This document shows positions 19,429 through 29,772 of a stretch of 64,000 nucleotides of DNA, piece by piece. A program made the translations under genes and the position numbers. The stretch comes from Chthoniobacteraceae bacterium. Lineage in GTDB: Bacteria; Verrucomicrobiota; Verrucomicrobiia; Chthoniobacterales; Chthoniobacteraceae. The stretch is from positions 32,001 through 96,000 of the forward strand of contig JBBCKI010000028.1 of the NCBI GenBank assembly GCA_037190965.1, written 5' to 3'. The notes beneath the pieces are model-generated. The model worked only from the letters and a program-made list of their open reading frames with translations, was not told where the DNA came from and did no database searches. Each line of letters begins with the position of its first letter. Position 1 is the stretch's first letter.

Positions 19429-22392
19429 ATGAAGTTATTACTGTTGCCCCCATTTCTTTCCAGATCCCTGCCGCGCCGGTTCAGACGCGTGGTGCTTGCC
19501 GCTTTCGGATTTGTCTTTGCCGTCCAGATGGCGTTTGCCGCTCCTCTCTCTGTGGTCGAGGGTGGGAAGTCGTCGTATGTGATTGTGGTGTCAAAGGACG
19601 CTTCGCTGCCCGAGCAGCACGCGGCGGATGAGCTTCGGCGTTATGTTGCAAAAGTGTCCGGCGCGGAACTGCCGGTCATTCATCAGGCGGGGGAAGGCCA
19701 GAAGGCAATCTACATCGGGACGAAACACCCTCAACTTGCGCAGGGCGGAAAAAAGGGAGAACACCCATCCCACGATGACGGCTTTCTCGTTCACGCGGAT
19801 GATGGGAACATTGTGATCACCTCCGAAAGTCCCAGAGGGGTTTTATACGGCACCTATGCTTTCATCGAAAAGACGCTTGGCGTCCGTTGGATGAACCCCG
19901 GGGAAGATGGAGAATACGTGCCAAAGAGAGAAGCGGTAGGCATTGAATCGGGCCGGTGGGCTGAAGATCCCTTTTTCAAGAACCGCTTCTTCACGCTGAC
20001 CTGTACGAATATCAACGCGATGCTGTGGGATACGTGGGACTGGATGGTGCGGAATCGGATGCAGGTGAAAGTGACCTACAAGCCCTTTTGGGAAAATTCC
20101 GAGCATGGCGATTGGCTGAACAGACGGGCGGTGTTGATTGAGGGCGGCGGGCACGTCCTCGCCAGCTTTGTTCCGGAAGAAGTCTACTTCAAGAGTCACC
20201 CCGAGTATTTCACGCTGATTGACGGAAAGCGGATTGCCGGGGGTCACGCGGTCGATGAATTCGGCAAATGCTATCAACGTTGTACCTCGAACAGTGATGT
20301 TATCAAGCTGAGCGCCGGCTATATTAATAGCTTCTTCAGCACGGAACCCGCGGGTGATATTTTTGGGATCGGTAACAATGATGGCGACGGCTGGTGCGAG
20401 TGTGGGCCGTGTACGGCTCTGGACCATCCCGACGAAGCGAAGGAACACCTGGTATCGACGCGCTTTATGCACTTTGTGAATGCCGTGACGGAGGAAGTGT
20501 TGAAGGCACACCCGGAAAAGGAGATCTACACGTGGGGCTACCAGCGTTTTCGCTCGGCTCCAAAGGGCGTAAAGCCGCACCCTAAGGTAAGTCTCTTTGT
20601 AGCCCTGCACGGGCGTTGCTATCGGCATTCACTCGATGATGCGAAGTGCCCGGCAAATACGCAGATGCGTACGATCCTTTCGGAATGGCGGAAGTTTTCG
20701 AACCCGGTGGGAGTGAGGGAATACTACTCTTGCTTTCTTGGAGGAGACGTAAGGAGCCCGGTGCCGCCTTATACGCCGCTGGAAGATGTCGTGGCCAAGG
20801 ACATCAAATACCTCGCCAGCATCGGTTGTGTGTTGTGGGAGGATGAGACACCGCCACCGGATGGTGTGTTTGGTTCAGTTTTTGACAATGAAAGTGTGCG
20901 TGAGTCGTGGCGGTCGCGCTTTCCGATGTATTACGTCGCCGCAAAGCTCCTCTGGAATCCTGAACTGGACGTAGAGGTCCTCAAAGATGAGGTCTATCGC
21001 GCCTGGTATGGCGCAGCTTATGAGGAGATGAAGTCGTATCGAGAGCTGATTTCGAAAGCATGGCAGGAATCGGACGGACACTTTATCTACGGATCCAACG
21101 CGATCTTTATCGGGAAATCACTGGATGCACCGGGGCGTCAGGAGGAATGTCTTCGACTGCTGAATGCGGCGACGGCCAAAGCGCAGGATGATCCCAAGTT
21201 GGCGAAGCGGATCGCCGAGGAGAAGCACTACTTTGAATCGATATGGGTCAAGATGGCTGGTGAGCTTCGCACGACCTTCGCGTGGGAAGATGTGCAGGCG
21301 CACCGGGCCTCCGGGCCGGTAAGCATTGACGGGAACCTGAGCGACGCCGCATGGGCAAAAGTGCCTGTGACCACCGGGTTCCACACGGCGGCTGGGAACC
21401 TTGCGGAGCAGCAGACCTTCGTCAAGATGCTCTATGATAAGGATGCCCTGGTGATTGGCATGGAGATGATGGAGCCGACTCCCAAAGCGATGGAGGTGAG
21501 CGAGACACAGCGCGATGGGCGTGTGTGGGGAGAGGATAGCGTGGAGCTGTTCATTGACCCGGAGCGCTCCGGATCAAGCTATTACCATATCGTCTTTAAT
21601 GCATTGGGGACGATTTACGACGCCGCCTGCGTGGAAGGCGGCAAGATGGATCGGGCTTTCAATGGGAACTATGAGATTCGCACGAAGGTGTTGGAGGATC
21701 GTTGGATTGCAGAGGTGCGAATTCCCTTTGTTGCTTTCAAAACCGAGGCGGCAGAAGGGAGCGCCTGGAAGATGAATATCGGCCGGACGCGCAGTGTGAA
21801 GGGAGCTGCCGTGGAAAATAGCTCCTGGACGGATGGACGCTTCCATCAGGTCAATAGCTTCCGCACGGTGGTCTTCGGGGATCGGCCTGCGTTACTGACA
21901 AATGGGGGCTTTGAGAAAATTGGAGAGGTCAACACGGATGCAGACCGGGATTTTTACAGTGTGGGTAAGTGGGAGTTGGGAAATACACCGGCGATTTTCC
22001 CGGTGAGATGGAGCCTTCATGATGCCCATCCCGGCAAGCTGACGCTGGTTAACGATGATGTTCATTCGGGGAAATGGGCGGCCAAGGTGGAGCGAGGATG
22101 GATCTATCAGGGAGTCGATGTCGGCGAGGGGGCATCTTTGAAGATCTCCTTCTGGGCCAAAGGCGAGGATTCGCTCAAGGCCATGCTCTTCCAGTATCGG
22201 CAGGAGGCAGGCGAGGTTAAGGATTTTCTCGAAACGGTTGAGCTGGAGACCTTCCCACTTCAGGGGGATTGGCAGAAGTATACGATCGAGTACGTGTTGA
22301 CGTCGCCATCGGTGAACCACGTGGCCATCGCTCTTGATGTTCAGGGAGAGGCGATTCTCGACGACGTCTTTATTGAAGAAAAACAGCAATGA
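19429..22392 (+). CDS. secreted DUF4838-family protein with CBM9-like and C-terminal CBM4/9-like domains
   Basis: Signal peptide; AADELRRYVAKVSGAELP, RGVLYGTYAFIE..LGVRW, HPEYF, NDGDGWCECGPC; IDGNLSDAAW, EDSVELFIDP, WIAEVRIPF; LLTNGGFE...ISFWAKG...LDDV. Confidence 0.8.
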   Translation: MKLLLLPPFLSRSLPRRFRRVVLAAFGFVFAVQMAFAAPLSVVEGGKSSYVIVVSKDASLPEQHAADELRRYVAKVSGAELPVIHQAGEGQKAIYIGTKHPQLAQGGKKGEHPSHDDGFLVHADDGNIVITSESPRGVLYGTYAFIEKTLGVRWMNPGEDGEYVPKREAVGIESGRWAEDPFFKNRFFTLTCTNINAMLWDTWDWMVRNRMQVKVTYKPFWENSEHGDWLNRRAVLIEGGGHVLASFVPEEVYFKSHPEYFTLIDGKRIAGGHAVDEFGKCYQRCTSNSDVIKLSAGYINSFFSTEPAGDIFGIGNNDGDGWCECGPCTALDHPDEAKEHLVSTRFMHFVNAVTEEVLKAHPEKEIYTWGYQRFRSAPKGVKPHPKVSLFVALHGRCYRHSLDDAKCPANTQMRTILSEWRKFSNPVGVREYYSCFLGGDVRSPVPPYTPLEDVVAKDIKYLASIGCVLWEDETPPPDGVFGSVFDNESVRESWRSRFPMYYVAAKLLWNPELDVEVLKDEVYRAWYGAAYEEMKSYRELISKAWQESDGHFIYGSNAIFIGKSLDAPGRQEECLRLLNAATAKAQDDPKLAKRIAEEKHYFESIWVKMAGELRTTFAWEDVQAHRASGPVSIDGNLSDAAWAKVPVTTGFHTAAGNLAEQQTFVKMLYDKDALVIGMEMMEPTPKAMEVSETQRDGRVWGEDSVELFIDPERSGSSYYHIVFNALGTIYDAACVEGGKMDRAFNGNYEIRTKVLEDRWIAEVRIPFVAFKTEAAEGSAWKMNIGRTRSVKGAAVENSSWTDGRFHQVNSFRTVVFGDRPALLTNGGFEKIGEVNTDADRDFYSVGKWELGNTPAIFPVRWSLHDAHPGKLTLVNDDVHSGKWAAKVERGWIYQGVDVGEGASLKISFWAKGEDSLKAMLFQYRQEAGEVKDFLETVELETFPLQGDWQKYTIEYVLTSPSVNHVAIALDVQGEAILDDVFIEEKQQ

Positions 22393-22462
22393 TGATGACC
22401 CGAAAAACTTTCGTGGGGCACTAGCTGCACGGAAGCCGGGGTTCCTACGCCTGGGTTTACAC

Positions 22463-23746
22463 ATGAAAAAGAAAATCGGTATCGTTGGGTTTGGCGAGAT
22501 GGGGAAGCGCCATGGCCTTGAGTTTCGCGAGGCGACTCAGGGATTGATCGAAATCGCGGGAGTGGTGGAGCCGAGTGACGAAATGTACCGGCGTGGGTGT
22601 GAGTGGAATCATATCGAGGTCCCACGATATGGGAACATCCGGGAAATGCTCAGAGGGGGGCAACTGGATGGCGTGTTGATTACGTCTCCCAACAATATGC
22701 ACCTTCTCAATCTCCTGGAGTTCGCGGGGCAGACAATTCCGATTCTTTTGGAAAAGCCGCTTGATACGAAGCCGGAGGTGGTGGCGGAGATTGTTCGCTT
22801 CGCCAGTCGCTACGAAGGAATCATCGTGGTGGATCATGTGATGCGCTACGCCCCGGTTATCCGGCGAGCGCGGCAGATCGTGGAATCAGGCAGGCTCGGG
22901 AAGCTTGCATCGTTCCAGTTCACCCAGAGGATCGGCAGCAGCCCGTTTAATACCTTTCGCCGTACGTTCGAAGGAGGCGGCGGGCAGATTATTGAAAAGG
23001 CCACGCACGATCTTGACGTGATCCTCTACCTGTTTGACACGCTGCCGGACAAAGTGGCGATGGTTTCGCGCCAGCAGGTGATCGGGGGGAACAAGCCCAA
23101 CGACCTGAGGTGTTCGGTTTGTGAAGAGCGGTTGCGTTGCCCGGAAGCGTATCATTCGGATAATATCAGAACGGGGATCAAGGATATCAGCCTTGAGAAC
23201 GACCTCTGTGTTTATGCTCAGGAGGTCGATGTGCCCGATAACGAAACCTGCCTCATCGAAATGACGGACGGGACGTTTGGCACCTATTCCCATACTTATT
23301 TCTGCGAAATGCGGGGCCATAGCAGGATCTACGAAGTCATCGGTACGGAAGGATCGATGAGCCTTCAACTCTCGGCGGAAGATCCGGGCTATCGGGGGAT
23401 CCTCCGTGTTTTCCCCCGGAACGGCGGCGGTGAAGTGGAGACGTATGATTACGACTACAACGGAAAGATCCACTACAATGGCGGCCCCTACGTCGCGCGG
23501 CATTTTTACAACCTGATGACGGGGGCCGAAACGGAGGCGTTCACGACGGTGAACCAGGCCTTCGTCGCGGAGACCCTCGGATTCGCCGCGATCAGGGCGG
23601 CGAGGGAGGGGCGTTTTGTGCCGGTGGCATCCTTGGTGCCGGAGGATTTGCTGGCCGCCTATTCCGCGACCTATCGCGGCGCCCGGGAGGTGCCTCGGGT
23701 GCTCCCGGCGGACCCTGTTGCTTTGGTGGAAGCGGTTTGTGGGTAA
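22463..23746 (+). CDS. Gfo/Idh/MocA-family oxidoreductase
   Basis: IGIVGFGEMG Rossmann motif, ILLEKPL, EKATHDLD, Cys-rich insert CSVC...C...CVY. Confidence 0.9.
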   Translation: MKKKIGIVGFGEMGKRHGLEFREATQGLIEIAGVVEPSDEMYRRGCEWNHIEVPRYGNIREMLRGGQLDGVLITSPNNMHLLNLLEFAGQTIPILLEKPLDTKPEVVAEIVRFASRYEGIIVVDHVMRYAPVIRRARQIVESGRLGKLASFQFTQRIGSSPFNTFRRTFEGGGGQIIEKATHDLDVILYLFDTLPDKVAMVSRQQVIGGNKPNDLRCSVCEERLRCPEAYHSDNIRTGIKDISLENDLCVYAQEVDVPDNETCLIEMTDGTFGTYSHTYFCEMRGHSRIYEVIGTEGSMSLQLSAEDPGYRGILRVFPRNGGGEVETYDYDYNGKIHYNGGPYVARHFYNLMTGAETEAFTTVNQAFVAETLGFAAIRAAREGRFVPVASLVPEDLLAAYSATYRGAREVPRVLPADPVALVEAVCG

Positions 23747-23748
23747 GG

Positions 23749-24732
23749 ATGAGGGTGAAAATGAGGTGCTTGACGATGAGCGGTCCGTTAGAGTGGCGGC
23801 TACCCCCCGAACACATGAGACCGAAGACTCATTTCCACGATCGCGTCACGCGCTATCACGAGTTTGCTCCCGACCAGTACAAGATTGAGGAACATTTCTG
23901 GATTAACCGGCAGAGCGAGGACCAAGGTGCGCCGAATGATCTCTACTGCTTTGCCTACGGAGAATGCTGTTGGCAGCGGGATGCGGAGGCGATTTTTAAG
24001 GAAGACACCAATTCGTGGGCTTTCGAGTACGTGACCGCGGGGAGCTTCACCGTTGAGTATGAAGGAGGGGAGCGCGAGCTGAGGGCGGGAACACTTTACG
24101 TTCATGCGCCGGGAGGGCCCATACGGCTACAGGCCAACCGGGGCGGCATCTGCAGAAAGCGGGTGATCATTCTGAGCGGAAGCATGGTGGACTACCTCTG
24201 CAACTTGAGTAACCTGCGGATTTCCCCCTATATCGAAATTGATGCCCCCCAGCGAGTCGACAAGATCTTTGATCAGGTGAAGGAACTGGCTTCTTCCGGA
24301 AGCTGCTATCTCACGGAGGACTTGAGTGTTTGCAGCTATTCGCTGATCGCGGAACTGGGGAGAACGATCAAGATGCTGAAGTACCCTCGTATGCTTACCC
24401 ACGCTGTTCAGTTCATTGACAGCAAGCTGCACGAGAACCTTACGCTTGCAAGGATCAGCGATGAGTGCCACGTGAGCGCCAATACGCTGAGCCGCCTCTT
24501 CAGGAAGCATCTGAATGTCAGCCCCATCAACTACATTATCTCGCGCCGGTTGGAGCGCGCCCGTCACCTGATTGCGGTGAACGATCTTTCCTTCAAGGAG
24601 ATTGCCAACGAGTGCGGGTATACGCGGGAGTCATTCTTCTCCAGGGCTTTCAAGCAAAAGTATGGTGTGGCTCCGAACGGTTATCGCAGGGCAATTCTTG
24701 CGGGTAAGGTGAGCGGCTCCTCGCGGACCTAG
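23749..24732 (+). CDS. AraC-family transcriptional regulator
   Basis: Cupin-like N-terminus; LTLARISDECHVSANTLSRLFRKHL...RRLERARHL...KEIANECGY..ESFFSRAFKQKYGVAPNGYR; start uncertain. Confidence 0.9.
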   Translation: MRVKMRCLTMSGPLEWRLPPEHMRPKTHFHDRVTRYHEFAPDQYKIEEHFWINRQSEDQGAPNDLYCFAYGECCWQRDAEAIFKEDTNSWAFEYVTAGSFTVEYEGGERELRAGTLYVHAPGGPIRLQANRGGICRKRVIILSGSMVDYLCNLSNLRISPYIEIDAPQRVDKIFDQVKELASSGSCYLTEDLSVCSYSLIAELGRTIKMLKYPRMLTHAVQFIDSKLHENLTLARISDECHVSANTLSRLFRKHLNVSPINYIISRRLERARHLIAVNDLSFKEIANECGYTRESFFSRAFKQKYGVAPNGYRRAILAGKVSGSSRT

Positions 24733-24746
24733 TCTTTTCGTTTTTT

Positions 24747-26780
24747 GTGATGAATTACTTTTCTTGTGCATACTATCCCGAATACTGGGGCACCGAACGG
24801 GTGAAAGTGGATGCTGCTTTAATGCAGGAGGCGGGGGTCAATACCGTTCGCGTCGGGGAATTTGCCTGGGCAAGACTTGAGCCTGCGGAGGGAGTTTATA
24901 CCTTCAAGTGGCTGCGCGATGCGCTGTCGATTCTGGGGGAGCACGGCGTGCGGGTCGTCATGTGTACGCCTTCAGCCGCGGCTCCGGCCTGGCTGGTGAG
25001 GCAACACCCTGAGGTTTTGGCGGTGGATAAGAATGGGCGGCAGGCATGGTTTGGAGTGCGGCAGCACACTTGCTATCGTTCGCCGGTCTATCGTCGTTAC
25101 GTGGCGGAACTGACGGAGCGACTCGTAAGAGAGGCGAGCGGGGACGCCAATGTGATTGGTTGGCAGATCGATAACGAGGTAGGGCACACGATCTTCGGAT
25201 TGTGCCATTGTCCCGAGTGCCAGGCGGGGTTCCGGCTTTGGCTGAAGGACCGCTACGGCACGGTGGAGCGGCTGAACGAAGCTTGGAAAACGGGCTTCTG
25301 GAGTATGGACTACAGTTCGTGGGAAGAAATTCGGCTTGGGGATTTTAATCAAACGCTCGGTTCCAGCCATGTGCTCGACAGTTTCCGGTATCATAGCGAG
25401 GTAAAGTCGGACTACGTCACGATGCAGGCGGAAATCATCCGGCGACTCCATCCGGGGGCAATCGTAACGACGAACTCGCCTTCGGGCATTTCCGATCGGA
25501 ACCGTATTTTTCAGGAACTGGATCTTGCCGGAGTGGATATTTATCCCACGAGCGATGGCTATTTGAGTAGTTCCTATCACAGCGCCCTCTTCCGGGGAAT
25601 GAAGCCGGAGCGGCCTTTTTGGGTGATGGAGACGGGCATTGGAGGGCAGGGGTATAGCGGTGCTCCTCATAATCGTCGGCTTCGCGCTCACTTCTGGCAC
25701 TTTTTCGCCCATGGAGCGGAGATGATGGAGATTTTCTGGTGGCGTAGTTGTCTCTCGGGTTACGAGAAAGATCTGATGGGGGTACTGGGGCACAATGGAG
25801 TGCCGCGAAAACGCTATCAGGAGCTCAAGACTTGCATCGCAGAGGTGAGGGGAGTGAGTTGCAGGCTGGGCGAGCTACCCATGCCGAAGGCTCCCGTAGC
25901 GGTGGTGTTTGATCACGAGGCGCATTGGGCTTTCAGCGCGGGCCATATGGGAGAGTGGGAGGTCTATGAGGCTGTAAACCAGTGGGCGCACCACGCTTTT
26001 GCCGGGCGGGGAGTTGGCGTGGATGTGATTCCAACGAGCCGCGATCTCTCCGGGTACAAGCTCGTGGTCGTTCCAGCGCTGGTTCACGTTCCGGAGGCGT
26101 TCGGTCGGGCCCTGGAAAAATTCGCGGAGGATGGTGGCGTTGTCTGCCTGATCGGGAGAACTGGCAACCTCGATGCGAATGGGAATTTCCGTTCTGAGGC
26201 GTGGCCGGATCACCTGCGGGCAATGGCGGGGCTGGTGATTGCGGATCAGCTTGTGGTGATCAACCTTGATCAAAGCGCCTCCCGTCCAGGTGCCGATCCC
26301 GCATTTGAGGGAACGATCGGCGGAAAGGCAGTTCGCGGTTTAGCCCGGTACTGGCTGGCCGACATTGAGTTGGAGGGGGGCACGGCGCTGGCCCGCTTTA
26401 CGAATAGCGGCCTGGAAGGACAGCCGGTGATCGTGGAGAATCGTTTCGGGAACGGCATGTGCCTCTATATTGGAGCGACGCAGATTGATGACGAAACGAT
26501 GATAGTCATTGCCGATTACCTGATTGAGCGAGGGGGAGTTGGGGCCATCTCCGGGTTGCCGAAGGGGGTGGAGGCGGTCCGTCGCGGCGAGTTTGCTTTT
26601 CTCATCAATCACACGGAGGAATCCAAGGAGGTGCCATGGTCGTCGAGCAGTGAGGGGATTTTGGGGCATTATGCAGACGGGAAGATCATGCTGGAGCCGT
26701 ATGATGTCTGCATTCTTCGCTGCGGATTGCGCGAATCAACGCGGGGAATGGCGGCGGCGTCCGAATTAGGTCGGTTTTAG
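24747..26780 (+). CDS. beta-galactosidase, GH42-like
   Basis: AYYPEYW, GVNTVRVGEFAWARLEP, WQIDNEVG (acid/base), CHCPEC, FWVMETG (nucleophile), trimerisation domain. Confidence 0.9.
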   Translation: MMNYFSCAYYPEYWGTERVKVDAALMQEAGVNTVRVGEFAWARLEPAEGVYTFKWLRDALSILGEHGVRVVMCTPSAAAPAWLVRQHPEVLAVDKNGRQAWFGVRQHTCYRSPVYRRYVAELTERLVREASGDANVIGWQIDNEVGHTIFGLCHCPECQAGFRLWLKDRYGTVERLNEAWKTGFWSMDYSSWEEIRLGDFNQTLGSSHVLDSFRYHSEVKSDYVTMQAEIIRRLHPGAIVTTNSPSGISDRNRIFQELDLAGVDIYPTSDGYLSSSYHSALFRGMKPERPFWVMETGIGGQGYSGAPHNRRLRAHFWHFFAHGAEMMEIFWWRSCLSGYEKDLMGVLGHNGVPRKRYQELKTCIAEVRGVSCRLGELPMPKAPVAVVFDHEAHWAFSAGHMGEWEVYEAVNQWAHHAFAGRGVGVDVIPTSRDLSGYKLVVVPALVHVPEAFGRALEKFAEDGGVVCLIGRTGNLDANGNFRSEAWPDHLRAMAGLVIADQLVVINLDQSASRPGADPAFEGTIGGKAVRGLARYWLADIELEGGTALARFTNSGLEGQPVIVENRFGNGMCLYIGATQIDDETMIVIADYLIERGGVGAISGLPKGVEAVRRGEFAFLINHTEESKEVPWSSSSEGILGHYADGKIMLEPYDVCILRCGLRESTRGMAAASELGRF

Positions 26781-26782
26781 AT

Positions 26783-28696
26783 ATGAGCTCATCATCTTTT
26801 AAGCCGTTCGGATTCAGGGCGGTTCAGTTGGATCTCGCCCGTCAACCGGAGACGCTCGACTTCATCTTTTCGTTTATCGATTTTGTCAGCCAGTACGGCT
26901 ACAACTATCTGGTGCTCTATCTGGAGGGACGCATCAAGACGCCCTCGTTCCCTTACCTGCCGGACGAGGAGTCGTACTCGTCGGACGAGATTCGGCAGAT
27001 CGTGGCGTATGCCGGAGCGAAGGGATTGGAGGTGGTGCCGGTCGTGGCGCTTTTCGGTCACGCAAATCTCTTTCTGCACTGCCCGGAGTTGGAGTCTCTG
27101 GCGGAACTACGAGGCGGAAGACAGGGGCGATTCTCCCGCAGCAAGCATGTCTTCTGCCCGTCGCAGGAGGCAACCTATGAGTTCCTGGAGCGTTACCTCA
27201 TGGAGGTGGCGGCGCTCTTTCCCTCGGAATACTTCCACGCAGGGTTTGATGAAGCGTGGGATATCGGCTATTGCACTCTTTGCGCGGAGCGGTTGGGGAA
27301 GGAGGGGCAGGGCGGAATCTTTCTGAAGCATTTGAAGGACTGCCACGCCATCGTGACCGGTAAGCTCGGAAAGACGATGATGATCTGGGACGATCTCTTC
27401 GATCTCTACCCGGAGACGCTTGCCGATGCGCCGCGCGATATTGTCCTTTGCGGGTGGCACTATGAAAAGCTGGTGGAACTCCCGGGCGGCCACACGGGTG
27501 GCCCGCAGCGCGACGTCTTTGCCGTCTACGAGGCACTCGGCTTTCGCTACCTCTTTGCCCCTTCTGCGGTTTCCATCAGGAACGTGGAAACCCTGACTGC
27601 CTATGCCTGGAAGGGAAATGCCCTGGGAGGATTGCTAACGGTATGGGAACTGGAAAGGCGGTTTCTTTTCTCGGAATTTCCCACGGTGGCCTATGCGGGG
27701 CTGCTTTGGTCGGGAGAGCAGGAGGGGGTGCCGCCGCGTGCGCTCCAGGAGCGCGCCATCCGGGAGGTCACAGGTCTGAAGCAGAGGGAGCATGTGGCGA
27801 TCCTCCGAGCGTTCCTTAATGAGCAGGATCAGGAGTTGCCGCTCTCCCGGCAGATGTACTTGCGTGGCCCTTTGAATGATGAAGATTACGCGCATCAGTC
27901 GCTGGTAGAGATCGCGCTGGAAGCGCTGGAATCCCATCGCGCGATGACTGCGGGAGAACCGGAAGACCTGGCTTGGGAAGTCCTCAATGATACGTGGATC
28001 GACTTATCCATCGAGTCGATCTACTTTGAAATGCGGGAAGTGATCTCCGCGCTGTATCTCCCCAAGACTCCGGCTTCGGAAAAAGAAGCGCTGAAAGAGC
28101 GGGTGAGGGGATGCCTCAATCGATTTACGGCGATTCGCGCCATCCGACGAGAGCAATGGGAGCGGTTTCGCCCCGGGATTCCCTCTCGCGATTGCGACGC
28201 CTACTATGGCGGGGCCATTCAGATGATGACCGGGGTGCTGGAGGCGGCGGACCGGGTGCGTGCCTTGTTGAAGGTGAGGTTCGGCATCGGACAGGCATCG
28301 GTGGATTTTCTCTTCAAGTACCCTGGAAGCGATTTATGGCATCAGGGGGTGCCGACGTTTGGAAAGATGATTCCCACCGAAACCGACTTCTATTTCCCGC
28401 TGGATGGCGATGCGATGGCAGCTATGCCTGGGGCGATTCGGATCGAGGCGTCCGGGTACGTCGGTGTGGGGGTGATCTATCTGGAGATCGAATCGGCATC
28501 GGCTCGCATGGTCCCGAAGTCGATTGGCGCGATTGAAGGGGCGGTGATCCACCCTGAAGCGCTATTGGAGAACGGTCGCGATGCCTGTTTCCTGGGAGAC
28601 GGAGAGCAGGCGGCACGTCAAAAATTCCGAAACCCGGCCCTGGCAAAAGTCAGGCATGCGATTGAGCTGAATCTCGGGATAGTGGCTGCGCGGTAA
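26783..28696 (+). CDS. GH20-like hexosaminidase family protein
   Basis: FRAVQLDLAR, GYNYLVLYLE, YSSDEIRQIVAYA..GLEVVP...FGH, FHAGFDEAW (DE pair), MMIWDD. Confidence 0.82.
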   Translation: MSSSSFKPFGFRAVQLDLARQPETLDFIFSFIDFVSQYGYNYLVLYLEGRIKTPSFPYLPDEESYSSDEIRQIVAYAGAKGLEVVPVVALFGHANLFLHCPELESLAELRGGRQGRFSRSKHVFCPSQEATYEFLERYLMEVAALFPSEYFHAGFDEAWDIGYCTLCAERLGKEGQGGIFLKHLKDCHAIVTGKLGKTMMIWDDLFDLYPETLADAPRDIVLCGWHYEKLVELPGGHTGGPQRDVFAVYEALGFRYLFAPSAVSIRNVETLTAYAWKGNALGGLLTVWELERRFLFSEFPTVAYAGLLWSGEQEGVPPRALQERAIREVTGLKQREHVAILRAFLNEQDQELPLSRQMYLRGPLNDEDYAHQSLVEIALEALESHRAMTAGEPEDLAWEVLNDTWIDLSIESIYFEMREVISALYLPKTPASEKEALKERVRGCLNRFTAIRAIRREQWERFRPGIPSRDCDAYYGGAIQMMTGVLEAADRVRALLKVRFGIGQASVDFLFKYPGSDLWHQGVPTFGKMIPTETDFYFPLDGDAMAAMPGAIRIEASGYVGVGVIYLEIESASARMVPKSIGAIEGAVIHPEALLENGRDACFLGDGEQAARQKFRNPALAKVRHAIELNLGIVAAR

Positions 28697-28724
28697 TCAT
28701 CCGCATCGAGTTGGGGAAGAAAGT

Positions 28725-29657
28725 TCACTTCGCACCGCCCCTTTTTTCGGGCGGTGTGCCCGAGGGGATGGAGATAACCGGCGCGTGCAGAACGGTGCTG
28801 CTTCCGGCGAGATCCGTGGTAGCGGGAGTATTTGAGAGGCGGTAAGCGGCGGGCGTCATCTTCTGCACGGAGCGAAAGACGCGGGTAAAGTGGTAGCGAT
28901 CACAAAAGCCGGTGGCCTCGGCGATCTGCTCGATTGAGGCATCGGAGAACTGGAGCATCAGGCTGGCTTTCTCAATGCGCTTGATGCGGATGTGGACCTG
29001 CAGGGTGTGGCCGATCTGTTCCTTGAAGAGCTGATTCAGGGAGCTGACGTTCATGCGTGCCAGTCGCGCCAGTTCGGCATTCGTCGTGTTGGGCTGGAGA
29101 TGTTCGTCGATATAGGAGAGCACTTTGAGGACTCTCGCATCGAGCTGTGGCGAGCGCCTCATATCGGGGTGTGTCTGCGCAAGCACCATGCCGATGAACG
29201 AGCGGGCCGTGAGCGAGATCTGCCACGTGCAGAGTGTCTGCATCTTCATGAGCTCCACCAGCTTTTCGCCGATTCCGAGCAGAGGCTGCGCCATGGGGAG
29301 GACGGCGATTTCCGAGGCAGTCTGGTGATGAAAGGCCACGCTATGGAAATGAAGGTAGAGGTGATCCATCGTGCCGGTGTTTGTCGTCGTGCAGGCCGCG
29401 TTGGGGCTGACAAGCACGACGGAGGAGGGATCGAGGTCCACCGTCAGATTTCCGCACCGGATGGTCGCCCCGGGGGAGGAGTTCCAGTAAAGCCGCCAGA
29501 AAGGTTCGCAGAGGCGTGAGAAAGTCCATTGCTTCGGGAGTAGCTGCCCGTAGCCGCACAGCAGCAGACGAAGGCAGGGATCCTCCAGCGTCGCAATGGT
29601 GCGGTGGCTCGCGGGGATCTTTCCAGGGCTGGCGCGATAAATGGCGGAAGCAGGCAT
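28725..29657 (-). CDS. AraC-family transcriptional regulator
   Basis: PFWRLYWN cupin region; LNQLFKEQIG...RIEKA...IEQIAEATGFCDRYHFTRVF...TPAAYR. Confidence 0.9.
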   Translation of the reverse strand: MPASAIYRASPGKIPASHRTIATLEDPCLRLLLCGYGQLLPKQWTFSRLCEPFWRLYWNSSPGATIRCGNLTVDLDPSSVVLVSPNAACTTTNTGTMDHLYLHFHSVAFHHQTASEIAVLPMAQPLLGIGEKLVELMKMQTLCTWQISLTARSFIGMVLAQTHPDMRRSPQLDARVLKVLSYIDEHLQPNTTNAELARLARMNVSSLNQLFKEQIGHTLQVHIRIKRIEKASLMLQFSDASIEQIAEATGFCDRYHFTRVFRSVQKMTPAAYRLSNTPATTDLAGSSTVLHAPVISIPSGTPPEKRGGAK

Positions 29658-29700
29658 GGTGTCTCGTAGGAAGGGGTGGGAAGGGCCGTGATGTCAAACC

Positions 29701-29766
29701 AGCCACGGATTGTACACAAAAGCCACCTTATCTGCATTTATTTCCCTTTTTCGAAAGCGATAACCT
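29701..29766 (+). promoter_or_regulatory. putative AraC-type tandem site and -10 element of the M24/amidohydrolase/ASRT operon
   Basis: AGCCAC at 29701 and 29721 (20-nt period) in the short gap between the divergent AraC gene and the operon; TAACCT at 29761-29766, 6 nt before the ATG. Confidence 0.4.
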
Positions 29767-29772
29767 CGCGGC